The notes beneath the pieces are model-generated. The model made no database searches, was not told the DNA's origin, and worked only from the letters and a program-made list of their open reading frames with translations. A DNA stretch of 63,794 nucleotides from Fimbriiglobus sp. (lineage in GTDB: Bacteria > Planctomycetota > Planctomycetia > Gemmatales > Gemmataceae), in NCBI GenBank assembly GCA_025352235.1, contig JANXTU010000403.1, forward strand, positions 1-63,794, in the 5' to 3' direction. The position numbers were made by a program, and so were the translations under genes. Positions 26,775 through 35,877 of the stretch are shown piece after piece. Position 1 is the stretch's first letter, and every line of letters begins with the position of its first letter.

Positions 26775-27768
26775 TGCCCGCGAGACCCCGGTCCTGCGCG
26801 GGGCCTTTCCCACTCGAATTCTGCACCGCCAAGAGCCGCCGCACGACCTCGGCCTCCGCGGTGAGTTCGTCCAATTCCAACTGAGCCACGGCGATCTTCG
26901 ATTCGAGGCGGGCGAGGCGCTTCTTCGGGGTGTCGCCGAGCAACCGCGCGAAGAGTTCGAGCGCCAGCAGTGCGTGCCAGCCCTTCACGAGCAAGCCCCG
27001 CAGGCGGTAAACCCGGCCCATACGCGCGAGTTGATCCGGCGCGATGGCCCGCGTCGATCGCAGCAACCGCGCCAGCGGCGAGGCGCTCGTCCACCAATAC
27101 AGCGCGAACTCCAGAGTCGGCAGCAGGACGATCGCCGCGTCGACCCATTTCTCCTTGGCGTACTTCAACGGATGGCCGCTGGCTTCGAGCTTGACGATGA
27201 ACTCGGCGGCGAACGCGACCCAGATCAGCCCCATGCCGACGTTCAACATCAACTCGAACGCCGGCGATTCCTCGACCGTTTTCGCCCAGACGTACTCGAT
27301 CCCGAGGATCGGGAGGATGAGGAGCGCCAGCAGCAACAGCGGCAATCCGAAGGCCCGGTCGAGCCGGTGCAGCAAGCCCTTCCCGGGCGCTTGCCAGCCG
27401 ATCCGGGGCAACCAGATTTTGCCCGTCGCCGGGTGGAGGATGCCCATCCGCATCGGCGGGAAGACCGCGACCGCCATCACGCGGAGCAGCGCCGGCCCGG
27501 CTTTCCGCGCGCGGTCCCGGTGCGCGAAGGCCGCGATCGCTTCGCCGACCATCAACGGCCAAAGCCCGAGCAGGATTGCGCCGAGGACGTCGAGTTCTGT
27601 CCCCGTGACGTGCCAGCGGATCGCCCGGTGGATCAAGCCGGCGAAGGCGACGAGGTGGAACGCCGCCAGCCAAAAGCTGACGGGGGCGAGCCGATCCGCC
27701 CATGGGTGGACCGACGGCGGCGGGGCGGGGGAAGGCGACAACGGAGCCTCGGTCGGGGTGCGGTTCAT
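26737..27768 (-). CDS. multi-pass membrane protein with an S1-S4 voltage-sensor-like module and C-terminal coiled coil, no pore module
   Basis: S2-like VAFAAEFIVKL and S3-like KWVDAAIVLLP. S4-like ARLLRSTRA...RMGRVYRLRGLLVKGW with basic residues at every third position. Heptad-like KKRLARLESKIAVAQLELDELTAEAEVVRRLL follows. Upstream in-frame Met codons at 27786 and 27816 are alternative starts. The 3' end overlaps the convergent gene by 38 nt. Confidence 0.6.
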   Translation of the reverse strand: MNRTPTEAPLSPSPAPPPSVHPWADRLAPVSFWLAAFHLVAFAGLIHRAIRWHVTGTELDVLGAILLGLWPLMVGEAIAAFAHRDRARKAGPALLRVMAVAVFPPMRMGILHPATGKIWLPRIGWQAPGKGLLHRLDRAFGLPLLLLALLILPILGIEYVWAKTVEESPAFELMLNVGMGLIWVAFAAEFIVKLEASGHPLKYAKEKWVDAAIVLLPTLEFALYWWTSASPLARLLRSTRAIAPDQLARMGRVYRLRGLLVKGWHALLALELFARLLGDTPKKRLARLESKIAVAQLELDELTAEAEVVRRLLAVQNSSGKGPAQDRGLAGINSLRRLHHPPG

Positions 27769-27827
27769 TTTCGGACCGACGGACATAACATTACGATCTC
27801 CGAATTTCCCCCGCACCGGAATCCGCC

Positions 27828-29066
27828 ATGACCGCCCCCGCCGACCCTTGGTTCCAGTCCCTCTTCGCCCAGCGCATCGGCGGAGCCGCCTACGGCAAGT
27901 CGACCGACATCTACAAGTTCGAGAAGATCAAACGGGCGAAGCGCAAGGCCCTCGCCGACTTCCCGGATCGCAAGCTCCTCGACTTCGGCATCGGCGAAAA
28001 CGACGACATGGCCCCGGCCCAAATACGCGACGCGTTGAAGTCCGAGGTCGATAACGTCGAGAACCGCGGCTACGCCGATAACGGGATCGCCGAGTACAAG
28101 GAAGCCGCCGCGGAGTTCATGGCCCGCGAGTTCGGCGTGACCCTCGATCCGGTGACGGAGGTCTGTCACTGCATCGGCAGCAAGCCGGCCTACGCGATGC
28201 TCCCGGCGGCGTTCATCGACCCCGGCGACGTGACGCTGATGACGGTGCCGGGCTACCCTGTGGCGGGGACGTGGACCAAATACCTCGGCGGGGAAGTGCA
28301 CCGCCTTCCGCTTTTGAAAGAGAACGGCTTCTTCCCCGACTTGGCCGGCATCCCGGACGACATCAAGGCGCGGGCGAAGATGATGGTGATCAACTACCCG
28401 AACAGCCCGACCGGGGCCGTGGCGACGCTCGAGTTTTACAAGCGCGTCGTCGAGTTCGCCCACGAACACAAGATCGTGATCGTGCAGGACGCCGCGCACA
28501 TCCTGCTGAGCTACGGGGACCGACCGCTGAGCTTTCTGCAAGTCGACGGCGCCAAAGAGGTCGGGGTCGAAGTCCATTCGATGAGCAAAGGATTCAACAT
28601 GATCGGCTGGCGGCTCGGCTTCGTCGCCGGGCACCCGAAGATCGTGCAAGCCTACGCCGACGTGAAGGACAACAGCGATTCGGGCCAGTTCATGGCGGTT
28701 CAGCGTGCCGCGGCGGCGGCGCTGCGCGATGCGAGCATCCCCACAGCGGTGCGGGCGAAGTACGAGCGCCGCTTGCGAAAACTCGTCGGGGCCTTGCAAT
28801 CCGTGGGCTTTCAGGCGGCGATGCCGGGGGGGACCTACTTCCTCTACACAGCGACGCCGAAGTCGGCGGGCGACCGCCAGTTCGCCAATGCCGAGGAGGC
28901 GAGTCAGTACTTGATCGCGGAGCAGAGCGTCTGCACCGTCCCGTGGGACGACGCCGGGGCGTTTTTGCGATTCAGCGTCACTTACATCGCGAGGGACGAA
29001 GCCGAGGAAGACGCCCTGATGACCGAGACGGTCGCGCGGTTGAAGGGAATGCGGCTCGCGTTTTAA
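27828..29066 (+). CDS. class I/II PLP-dependent aminotransferase, LL-diaminopimelate aminotransferase-like
   Basis: YKFEKIKRAK...LLDFGIGENDDMAP N-terminal block, NYPNSPTG, and the PLP-lysine motif HSMSKGFNMIGWRLG. Confidence 0.8.
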   Translation: MTAPADPWFQSLFAQRIGGAAYGKSTDIYKFEKIKRAKRKALADFPDRKLLDFGIGENDDMAPAQIRDALKSEVDNVENRGYADNGIAEYKEAAAEFMAREFGVTLDPVTEVCHCIGSKPAYAMLPAAFIDPGDVTLMTVPGYPVAGTWTKYLGGEVHRLPLLKENGFFPDLAGIPDDIKARAKMMVINYPNSPTGAVATLEFYKRVVEFAHEHKIVIVQDAAHILLSYGDRPLSFLQVDGAKEVGVEVHSMSKGFNMIGWRLGFVAGHPKIVQAYADVKDNSDSGQFMAVQRAAAAALRDASIPTAVRAKYERRLRKLVGALQSVGFQAAMPGGTYFLYTATPKSAGDRQFANAEEASQYLIAEQSVCTVPWDDAGAFLRFSVTYIARDEAEEDALMTETVARLKGMRLAF

Positions 29067-30451
29067 CGGGGCTCGATCAAAAACGTCGGCACGGTACTGC
29101 CGCCGCCGGCGCTGACGTTCAGCAGCGCCTCGGTGGAAATCCGCGTCAGGCAGCCGTGCATGTGGGTGCCGAAGGCGACGAACGGGTTCGTGTCGAGCAT
29201 CCTCGGGATGATTTGCAAGCGGCCGTCTTCGAAGCCGGGGAAGTCTTCGTAGGGCAGTTTCACGCGCTGCTGCACGACGTAATGTTCGGCGTGGGCCTGC
29301 TTCACGGCCTGTTCCCAAATCGGCTGATCGACCGTCCAACCGAGCACGATTCCCCGGCCGCCGTAGTCGTCGTTCGGCTTCAGCACGAAACGATCTTTGT
29401 TCGCAATCACGAACGGCAGCAGCTCGATGGTTTGTCCGTCGAGCAACGTCTTGCGATCCTGCACGACGCGCGTCCAGGGGATGTGGTCGCGGATTGCCGC
29501 GAGTTGCTCGGGCGTGAACAATTCGGCGTTCGCCTCGTCGCTCACGACTGCAAAACTCGCCTTCTTGAACAGGATTTTGCAGCGGAAGGTGTTCACCATG
29601 CAAACGGCGCCGTCGCGCACGGCTCGAACGACGGGGTGATCGAAGCCGCCGCGCTCGATGAGTTCCGAGATCAGCACCCGCTTATAAATCAGCGTGATGT
29701 GATAGTTCCCGGCCATCAATTTGCCGTCGACGTACTCCACGTCGCGCGGGTCGACGTTGCGGGCTTCGACGCACATGCTGCGGAAGTAATCGTAGAAGAG
29801 CACGAACTCGCTGAAGGTGGGCACCTCGCGCCAATCGAGGATCGCGATCCGCGGGGCCTCGTGTTTCAATCCCCGGAATTGGGCGAAGGAGTCAAGCAGC
29901 GCATGCCAAATGCCCGGCTTGCCGGGGATCGGTTTGCAATCGTACTGTCGCTGAAACTCTTGGAACACCGGCAAGCCGTAGAAGACGTCGGCCAGGGCAT
30001 CGGTGTAGCCGGCCCCGGCGGGCGTCTCGGTGTTGAACTCGGTGAATTTCAATTCCGTTTCGGAGACGAAGAACGAATCGAACCGGCTCGTAGGGCTCGG
30101 GCAGGCGAAGCGCGGCTCGATCTCGAGCAGGCGATCTTCCCACTCGCGCAGTCCGAACTGTTTGCGGAACTCCGGGTCGGCGAGGGCGATGTCGTAAATC
30201 TTTTGGAACGCGGGCAACAGCACCTTCACGCGGTCGCGCAGAAAGGCGTACTGACCCGGTGTCAGGAACCGCGGCCGGAGGACGGTGCAGACGGGCCGGG
30301 TGCCGTAGAACAGCCCGCGCGATTCTTGGAGCGCGTTGAGTTGGCTCTGCGAATCGGCGGCGAGAGTGCCGGCCGAGAGAAGGTCGTGGTAACGGCCAAT
30401 GGGGGTGGCTGCGTCAGTGTCCAAGTTCGGCATCCCTCGGTCGCTGGTCAT
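29063..30451 (-). CDS. ATP-grasp-fold ligase (glutathionylspermidine-synthase-like / circularly permuted ATP-grasp type)
   Basis: FTEFNTETPAGAGYTD, FVLKPNDDYGGRGIVLGW, YVVQQRV and a C-terminal NVSAGGGSTVPTFL resemble GSP-synthetase/CP-ATP-grasp blocks. The start is chosen at MTSDRG (30451); MPNLD at 30433 is also possible. The upstream ORF-track start would overlap the next gene. Confidence 0.65.
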   Translation of the reverse strand: MTSDRGMPNLDTDAATPIGRYHDLLSAGTLAADSQSQLNALQESRGLFYGTRPVCTVLRPRFLTPGQYAFLRDRVKVLLPAFQKIYDIALADPEFRKQFGLREWEDRLLEIEPRFACPSPTSRFDSFFVSETELKFTEFNTETPAGAGYTDALADVFYGLPVFQEFQRQYDCKPIPGKPGIWHALLDSFAQFRGLKHEAPRIAILDWREVPTFSEFVLFYDYFRSMCVEARNVDPRDVEYVDGKLMAGNYHITLIYKRVLISELIERGGFDHPVVRAVRDGAVCMVNTFRCKILFKKASFAVVSDEANAELFTPEQLAAIRDHIPWTRVVQDRKTLLDGQTIELLPFVIANKDRFVLKPNDDYGGRGIVLGWTVDQPIWEQAVKQAHAEHYVVQQRVKLPYEDFPGFEDGRLQIIPRMLDTNPFVAFGTHMHGCLTRISTEALLNVSAGGGSTVPTFLIEPR

Positions 30452-30479
30452 TCGGCAAGTGGCGCTCGATTGCGGGCGA

Positions 30480-31370
30480 CTACTCCGCCGCCGGGTGTTC
30501 TTCGGCGAACAAGCCATTCCAATCGGTCGCATCCAGAATCCGTTCGGTCAGGATTTCCAACGGAGCGACTTCACGGATCGCCAACAATTTCGCGGTCACG
30601 TCTTCGGTTGGCTTACCGAATCGCTTCGTACCTTGACGAAGGATCGTCGAATGCAGACCTTCGGTTCGACCTTGGCTCAAGCCTTGGCTCAAGCCTTTTT
30701 CGACGATGGCTTGGTACGTCGTAGAGTCTTCGAGTAGCATGCTGTACCTCCCGAATGCGCTGTCAATAGTTTCGCGGTCGTATCGCAACCCGGCCAGCAC
30801 ATACGCCGAGGCGATCAACGCTCTCCTCTGAGCATCGAACTCTTCACCGCGCACCGATTCGATCATACCATCGACCCCAGAACGCAAGTTGCGATGCGCT
30901 TCGTCCGTCAGAATCGACAGCGGCCGCAAGCCCGGTTCGCCGTTCAGCCAAAAATCGTACGGCCTTTGCCAGACTCGTTCCACGCGATAGTGGAACTCCG
31001 CGATCAATTCCCCGTTCGCGTCGCAGCGGCGATACACTCCGGTCTGATCACTCGCCTGCGCTTTGGGACGCAACAGAATGAGCACCGTCTTGACCGGAAG
31101 ATCGTGCACATGGTCGATCAGAGTATTGTACCGCATCAACTCGCGGGGAATGCCGGTTCGCGGATTCGCCTCGAGTTCCAAATGGAGGAGGCCGGGCTGT
31201 GGTCCATCGATGCGGAATAGTTTATCCGCTTGCAGCGTCGTCGCCAAATCGGTGTCGAGTGCGGTGGCCGGACCGGGCGGAATACCGGCCAAGCGGGCGA
31301 ACGCCCGGGCCCAGTCCTCGGGACGGATGTCGATCAGCGCGTTCAAGGTCGCGTCGAACGGTTTCGCCAT
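30480..31370 (-). CDS. Rpn-family/PD-(D/E)XK nuclease-like putative transposase with a DUF4351-like C-terminus
   Basis: N-terminal block QADKLFRIDGPQPGLLHLELEANP...LMRYNTLIDHVHDLPVKTVLILL shows the D...ExE/Q pattern of YhgA/Rpn-like proteins. The C-terminal GLSQGLSQGRTEGLHSTILRQGTKRFG...LEILTERIL resembles DUF4351. The DNA has a perfect 12-bp x2 tandem at 30671-30694. G+C looks lower than in the flanks. Confidence 0.65.
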   Translation of the reverse strand: MAKPFDATLNALIDIRPEDWARAFARLAGIPPGPATALDTDLATTLQADKLFRIDGPQPGLLHLELEANPRTGIPRELMRYNTLIDHVHDLPVKTVLILLRPKAQASDQTGVYRRCDANGELIAEFHYRVERVWQRPYDFWLNGEPGLRPLSILTDEAHRNLRSGVDGMIESVRGEEFDAQRRALIASAYVLAGLRYDRETIDSAFGRYSMLLEDSTTYQAIVEKGLSQGLSQGRTEGLHSTILRQGTKRFGKPTEDVTAKLLAIREVAPLEILTERILDATDWNGLFAEEHPAAE

Positions 31371-31391
31371 CGCCCGGTTCCAGTGTGCGGA

Positions 31392-32306
31392 TTAAAACAA
31401 ATTCGCCCAAAACATCGATTGGATCTGCGGCTTCGGGTTCTGCGCCATGTCGATGACCATGTCGGCCATCTTGGTCACGCACCACTCGAAGTTATCCGGC
31501 GTCAGCGAGTTGACGTCCATGTCCGGGGCCGGGTTCATGAAGTCGATGGCGTACGGGATGCCGTCCTTCACGGCCCACTCGACGGTATTCATATCGTAGC
31601 CGAGGGCCTTGACGAGCGTCAGGCAGTCGTCCACGATGCGGTCGTGCAAGTCCGGGCTGAGGTAACCGGGATCGGGAATGTATTTGCGGTTGTGCGTATC
31701 GTAGGGCATCACGAGGACTTCCTTCTGACCCAAGCACATGCAGCGGACGTATTGATCCCAGTGGATGAATTCTTGGGCGATCATCGTCATCAAGCCGGAG
31801 TCATCGTAGGCCCGGATCAATTCGTCGATGCTATTGCAGACATAGACCCCGCGCCAGCCGCCGCCGTGCGCGTCCTTCAAGATGCACGGCATCCCCATCT
31901 GCGATGCCACGTAGCCCCAATCGATCGGGTACAAGTTCCGCAAGCTTTCGTGCGGCACGATCCCCGGCACGTACGCCTTATTCGGCAGGGCCATCGTCTT
32001 CGGGTGCGCGAGTCCTAACTTCGTGCAGAGCGAGGCCCCAAAGAATTTGTCGTCGGCCGTCCACATGAATGGGTTGTTGACGACGTGGACGCCTTCGAGC
32101 ACGGCGTGCTTCAAGTAACTGCGATAATATGGGACCTCGTGTGAAATGCGGTCAACGATGACCGCGTAGGGGTTCGGCTCGTCCATGTTGGTACCGCCGA
32201 GTTTGATGAACTCGGCGTGGACACCCGCATTCCGGCCGTTGACTTCGTCGAGGAAGCGCGGCGGGAACGACCATTCGCGACCGCACAAGAGACCGATCTT
32301 CTTCAT
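31392..32306 (-). CDS. ATP-grasp domain protein (RimK/glutathione-synthetase-like ligase)
   Basis: MKKIGLLCGREWSF start, PCILKDAHGGGWRGVYVCNSIDELIRAYD, MIAQEFI, and AIDFMNPAPD at the Mg/ATP end. The ORF-track start at 32423 adds 39 aa of uncertain validity. Confidence 0.75.
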   Translation of the reverse strand: MKKIGLLCGREWSFPPRFLDEVNGRNAGVHAEFIKLGGTNMDEPNPYAVIVDRISHEVPYYRSYLKHAVLEGVHVVNNPFMWTADDKFFGASLCTKLGLAHPKTMALPNKAYVPGIVPHESLRNLYPIDWGYVASQMGMPCILKDAHGGGWRGVYVCNSIDELIRAYDDSGLMTMIAQEFIHWDQYVRCMCLGQKEVLVMPYDTHNRKYIPDPGYLSPDLHDRIVDDCLTLVKALGYDMNTVEWAVKDGIPYAIDFMNPAPDMDVNSLTPDNFEWCVTKMADMVIDMAQNPKPQIQSMFWANLF

Positions 32307-32520
32307 GTCCACTTTCACGACGACGGAATCGAAGCTTACAGGGACCGGTTTACCGCCTGCATCCGCGATTGCAAGATACCGGATTCCGCCTTCGCCGATC
32401 GTGACGGCTCGGCGCCCCGACACTTCTCGACATTCGCTCGCTGGTTACTGGCCCGGCCCCGCCGTCGGTTTAAGATGGGCAGAGATTGCGGGTTGTCCGG
32501 GACTCTATGCGAGCCGATCC

Positions 32521-35500
32521 ATGCGCGACTTTCTCGGTTTTGTCCTGATATTCAGCATGGCATCCGGCGCCGGTGCGGCCGATCCGGAACCGCACGGGCC
32601 GCCGGAGTTCGCGGCGCTGTCGTACCGCAGCGTCGGTCCGTTCGCCGGGGGGCGGGTCAGTCGGGCTTGCGGCGTACCGGGCGATCCGCTGACGTATTAT
32701 GCGGCCACGGCATCGGGTGGAATCTGGAAATCGTCCGACGGCGGCGTGAAGTGGAAACCGATCTTCGATGACCAACCGACGAGTTCCATCGGCTGCATCG
32801 CCGTCGCCAATAGCGACCCCAACGTCGTCTACGTCGGCACCGGCGAGGCCAACATCCGCGGCAACGTCTCCCCCGGCGCCGGCATCTTCAAATCGACCGA
32901 TGCCGGCAAAACGTGGAAGCACGTCTGGAAGCAGATCGGGCAGATCGGCACCATCGCCGTCGACCCGAAAAATGCGGACGTCTGCTACGCGGCGGTGCTC
33001 GGCCACGCTTTCGGGCCGAACTCCGAGCGGGGAATCTACCGCACCCGTGACGGTGGCAAAACTTGGGCGAAGGTTTGTTTCGTCAACGACGACACCGGCG
33101 CCTCGGATGTGTGCATCGATCCGAACAATTCGCGCGTACTCTTCGCCGGGTTCTGGCAGGCGCGCCGCAAACCGTGGGAACTCACCAGCGGTGGCCCCGG
33201 TAGCGATTTGTTCGTCTCCCGCGACGGTGGGGACACGTGGACGAGTTTGAAGTTGCCGAAGAAGAAACCCAATGATCCCGAGTTCAAGAATGGTCTGCCG
33301 GGGGGCATCTGGGGCAAGGTCGGTGTGGCCATCGCGCCGTCCGATTCCAAACGCGTTTACGCCATCATCGAAGCGGAGAAGGGCGGGCTATTCCGCTCCG
33401 ATGACGGCGGCGAAACTTGGAGCCTCGCCAACGACGACCGCCTGCTTCGGCAACGCGCGTGGTACTACAGCACGCTGACGATCCACCCGACCTCGGCCGA
33501 TGTTCTGTACGCCCCGCAAGTGCCGCTGTTGAAATCGATCGACGGCGGCAAGTCGGTGAAGATCGTCAAAGGCCCGCATCACGGCGACCACCACGACCTT
33601 TGGATTGATCCCAAAAATCCGGATCGGATGATCAACGCCAACGACGGCGGCGTCGACATCTCCACCGACGGTGGAACGACGTGGACCACCCCGCCGCTGC
33701 CGATCGCGCAGTTCTACCACGTCCACGCCGACAACTCCGTACCGTACCGCGTCATGGGGTGTATGCAGGATCTCGGCAGCGCCAGCGGCCCGAGCCACAG
33801 CCTGAAGGGTAGCATCGGCCTCGGCGACTGGCACACCGTCGGTGGCGGCGAAGCCGGGCACGCGGTCAGCGATCCGAAAGATCCGAACATCGTTTACGCC
33901 GGGGAATACGGCGGCATCATGACCCGCTACGACCACCGCACTCGACAAGCCCGCAATATCACCGTGAACCAGTGGAACCCGTCCGGCATCGACCCTGCCA
34001 AGCACAAGTACCGCTTCCAGTGGACGGCGCCGATCCTCGTGTCGATCCACGACGGTGCGGTCTATCACGCGGGGAACGTGTTGTTCAAAACCACAGACGC
34101 CGGCGGGACGTGGACACCGATGTCGCCCGACCTCACCCGCAACGACAAGCAGAAACAGCAATGGAGCGGTGGGCCGATCACCGGCGACAACACCGGGGCC
34201 GAAACGTATTGCACGATCTTCGCCCTCAGCGAGTCGCCCAAGAAGGCCGGCCAACTCTGGGCCGGCACCGACGACGGCAAAGTCCACCGGACCCTCGACG
34301 GCGGCAAGACCTGGAAGGACCTCACGGCCAACATCCCGGACCTGCCCGATTGGGGCACCGTCACCTGCATCGAACCGAGTCCGCACGACTCCGCTACGGC
34401 GTATCTCGTCGTCGACAACCACCGCATGGACGATTACCGCCCGCACGTCTGGAAGACGACCGACATCGGCAAAACTTGGACGAGCATCAGCGAGGGCCTC
34501 GACCCCGGCACGCATTGCAAAGTCGTCCGCGAAGACCCGAAGAAGAAGGGCCAGCTGTACCTCGGCACCGAGCGAGGCATTCTCTATTCCCCCGACTCGG
34601 GCAAAACGTGGAAGCCGCTCCAACTGAATCTGCCGACGGTCCCCGTCCACGATTTGCAAGTGAAAGGGAACGACCTCTGCGTCGGCACCCACGGCCGGTC
34701 GCTCTGGATTCTCGACGACTTGACCGCTGTGCGGAATTGGGCCCCGAGCCTGAAAACCAAGCCGCTGCACCTCTATGCGGCTCAACCGGCGACGAAGTGG
34801 AACACCGTCGGCGGGGGCGACATCACCAGCCATCATCGCGGTAGCAGCTCGTCGAATCCCGATGGCGGGGCAGTCATTTGGTACCACCTCGCCCGAGCGG
34901 TGAAGGGCGAACTGTTATTGGAAATCCGCAATGCCGAAGGCAAGATCGTCGCCGTCGGTAAAGGGAAACCGAAGAAAGAAGGCGAGGAGGAGGACGACGA
35001 CGACGAGGACGAGGCCCAAAAGAAGGAACGCAAACTGGCCCTGAAGGTCGGCCTCAACAAGTTCGTTTGGGATCTGACCCACGACGGCGCCGACACGATT
35101 CCCGGCGCGAAGGTCGACGCCGGGAACCCCGGCAGTGGCATCCCGGTGTCACCGGGCGAGTACACGATCAAATTGACACTCGGCAAAGATGTGCAAATGA
35201 CGACGGTCGAAGTCCTGCCGGATGTCCGGATCAAACTGAAGCCCGAAGCGAGCCGCGAACAAGAAACGCTCGCCCTGAAAGTCCGCGACGACATCGCCGC
35301 GCTCACCGATGCCGTTCTTCGATTGAAGGCCATTCAAAAGCAGATCAAGCTGCGCAAAGATTTGTTCCAAGATCACGCCGCTGCGGAACAGCAGGCCAAA
35401 GCCGAGGAGGCCTTCGGCAAAAAAATCGAAGCACTCGAAGAGAAGCTGCACAACCCGAAGGCGAAGGTGGTGTACGACGTCTTCGCGTCCAAGCCGGGGG

Positions 35501-35739
35501 CGATGCTCTATTCACAATTGACCTGGCTTCTCAACAACGTCACCGATGGCGACGGAGCCCCGACGAAGCCGCAGCTCGAGCAGCAAGCCGACCTGACGAA
35601 GCGCCTCGCGGGGTTGCTCGGCGACTTCGGCAAATTGACGACCGACGATTTGGCCAAGGTGAATGCGGGGGCCGAAGCCGCGAAACTGCCGGGGTTGTTC
35701 CTGCCACCGGGGAAGGCCAAGAAGGCGGTTGCTGAGTAG
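32521..35739 (+). CDS. secreted BNR/Asp-box repeat protein, Sortilin-VPS10-like double beta-propeller
   Basis: Signal peptide MRDFLGFVLIFSMASGAGA. At least ten Asp-box motifs: SSDGGVKW, STDAGKTW, TRDGGKTW, SRDGGDTW, SDDGGETW, STDGGTTW, TTDAGGTW, TLDGGKTW, TTDIGKTW, SPDSGKTW. The ORF-track start at 32185 overlaps the divergent gene and is rejected. Confidence 0.85.
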   Translation: MRDFLGFVLIFSMASGAGAADPEPHGPPEFAALSYRSVGPFAGGRVSRACGVPGDPLTYYAATASGGIWKSSDGGVKWKPIFDDQPTSSIGCIAVANSDPNVVYVGTGEANIRGNVSPGAGIFKSTDAGKTWKHVWKQIGQIGTIAVDPKNADVCYAAVLGHAFGPNSERGIYRTRDGGKTWAKVCFVNDDTGASDVCIDPNNSRVLFAGFWQARRKPWELTSGGPGSDLFVSRDGGDTWTSLKLPKKKPNDPEFKNGLPGGIWGKVGVAIAPSDSKRVYAIIEAEKGGLFRSDDGGETWSLANDDRLLRQRAWYYSTLTIHPTSADVLYAPQVPLLKSIDGGKSVKIVKGPHHGDHHDLWIDPKNPDRMINANDGGVDISTDGGTTWTTPPLPIAQFYHVHADNSVPYRVMGCMQDLGSASGPSHSLKGSIGLGDWHTVGGGEAGHAVSDPKDPNIVYAGEYGGIMTRYDHRTRQARNITVNQWNPSGIDPAKHKYRFQWTAPILVSIHDGAVYHAGNVLFKTTDAGGTWTPMSPDLTRNDKQKQQWSGGPITGDNTGAETYCTIFALSESPKKAGQLWAGTDDGKVHRTLDGGKTWKDLTANIPDLPDWGTVTCIEPSPHDSATAYLVVDNHRMDDYRPHVWKTTDIGKTWTSISEGLDPGTHCKVVREDPKKKGQLYLGTERGILYSPDSGKTWKPLQLNLPTVPVHDLQVKGNDLCVGTHGRSLWILDDLTAVRNWAPSLKTKPLHLYAAQPATKWNTVGGGDITSHHRGSSSSNPDGGAVIWYHLARAVKGELLLEIRNAEGKIVAVGKGKPKKEGEEEDDDDEDEAQKKERKLALKVGLNKFVWDLTHDGADTIPGAKVDAGNPGSGIPVSPGEYTIKLTLGKDVQMTTVEVLPDVRIKLKPEASREQETLALKVRDDIAALTDAVLRLKAIQKQIKLRKDLFQDHAAAEQQAKAEEAFGKKIEALEEKLHNPKAKVVYDVFASKPGAMLYSQLTWLLNNVTDGDGAPTKPQLEQQADLTKRLAGLLGDFGKLTTDDLAKVNAGAEAAKLPGLFLPPGKAKKAVAE

Positions 35740-35877
35740 GCCCGGCCATCCGAAGGAACCGAAGCCTTTTGCGGCACTTCTCGATAAGATGCCGTGCAGG
35801 CATAACAAAACCGCGACTCGCGCGTTGGAAGGTCGGTGCTTCCGATTCCCGATTCCGCTTTTGCAAAGGAACCTTCG

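Noticed and set aside
30480-31370. Calling the Rpn-like gene a bona fide mobile element.
   Set aside because: I could not find terminal inverted repeats or a target-site duplication in the 21-nt and 28-nt flanks. Rpn/YhgA-like genes are usually stand-alone. It is therefore reported as a CDS only.
32185-32520. N-terminal extensions offered by the ORF track for several genes: 32185 for the BNR protein, 11990 for giant protein 2, 23700 for pdxA, 41032 for the SDR, 56281 and 56973 for the TIGR02996 proteins, and 42146 for der.
   Set aside because: Each extension overlaps a neighbouring real gene or an intergenic spacer and has non-protein-like composition. In each case a start codon immediately precedes a signal peptide or the first conserved family motif.
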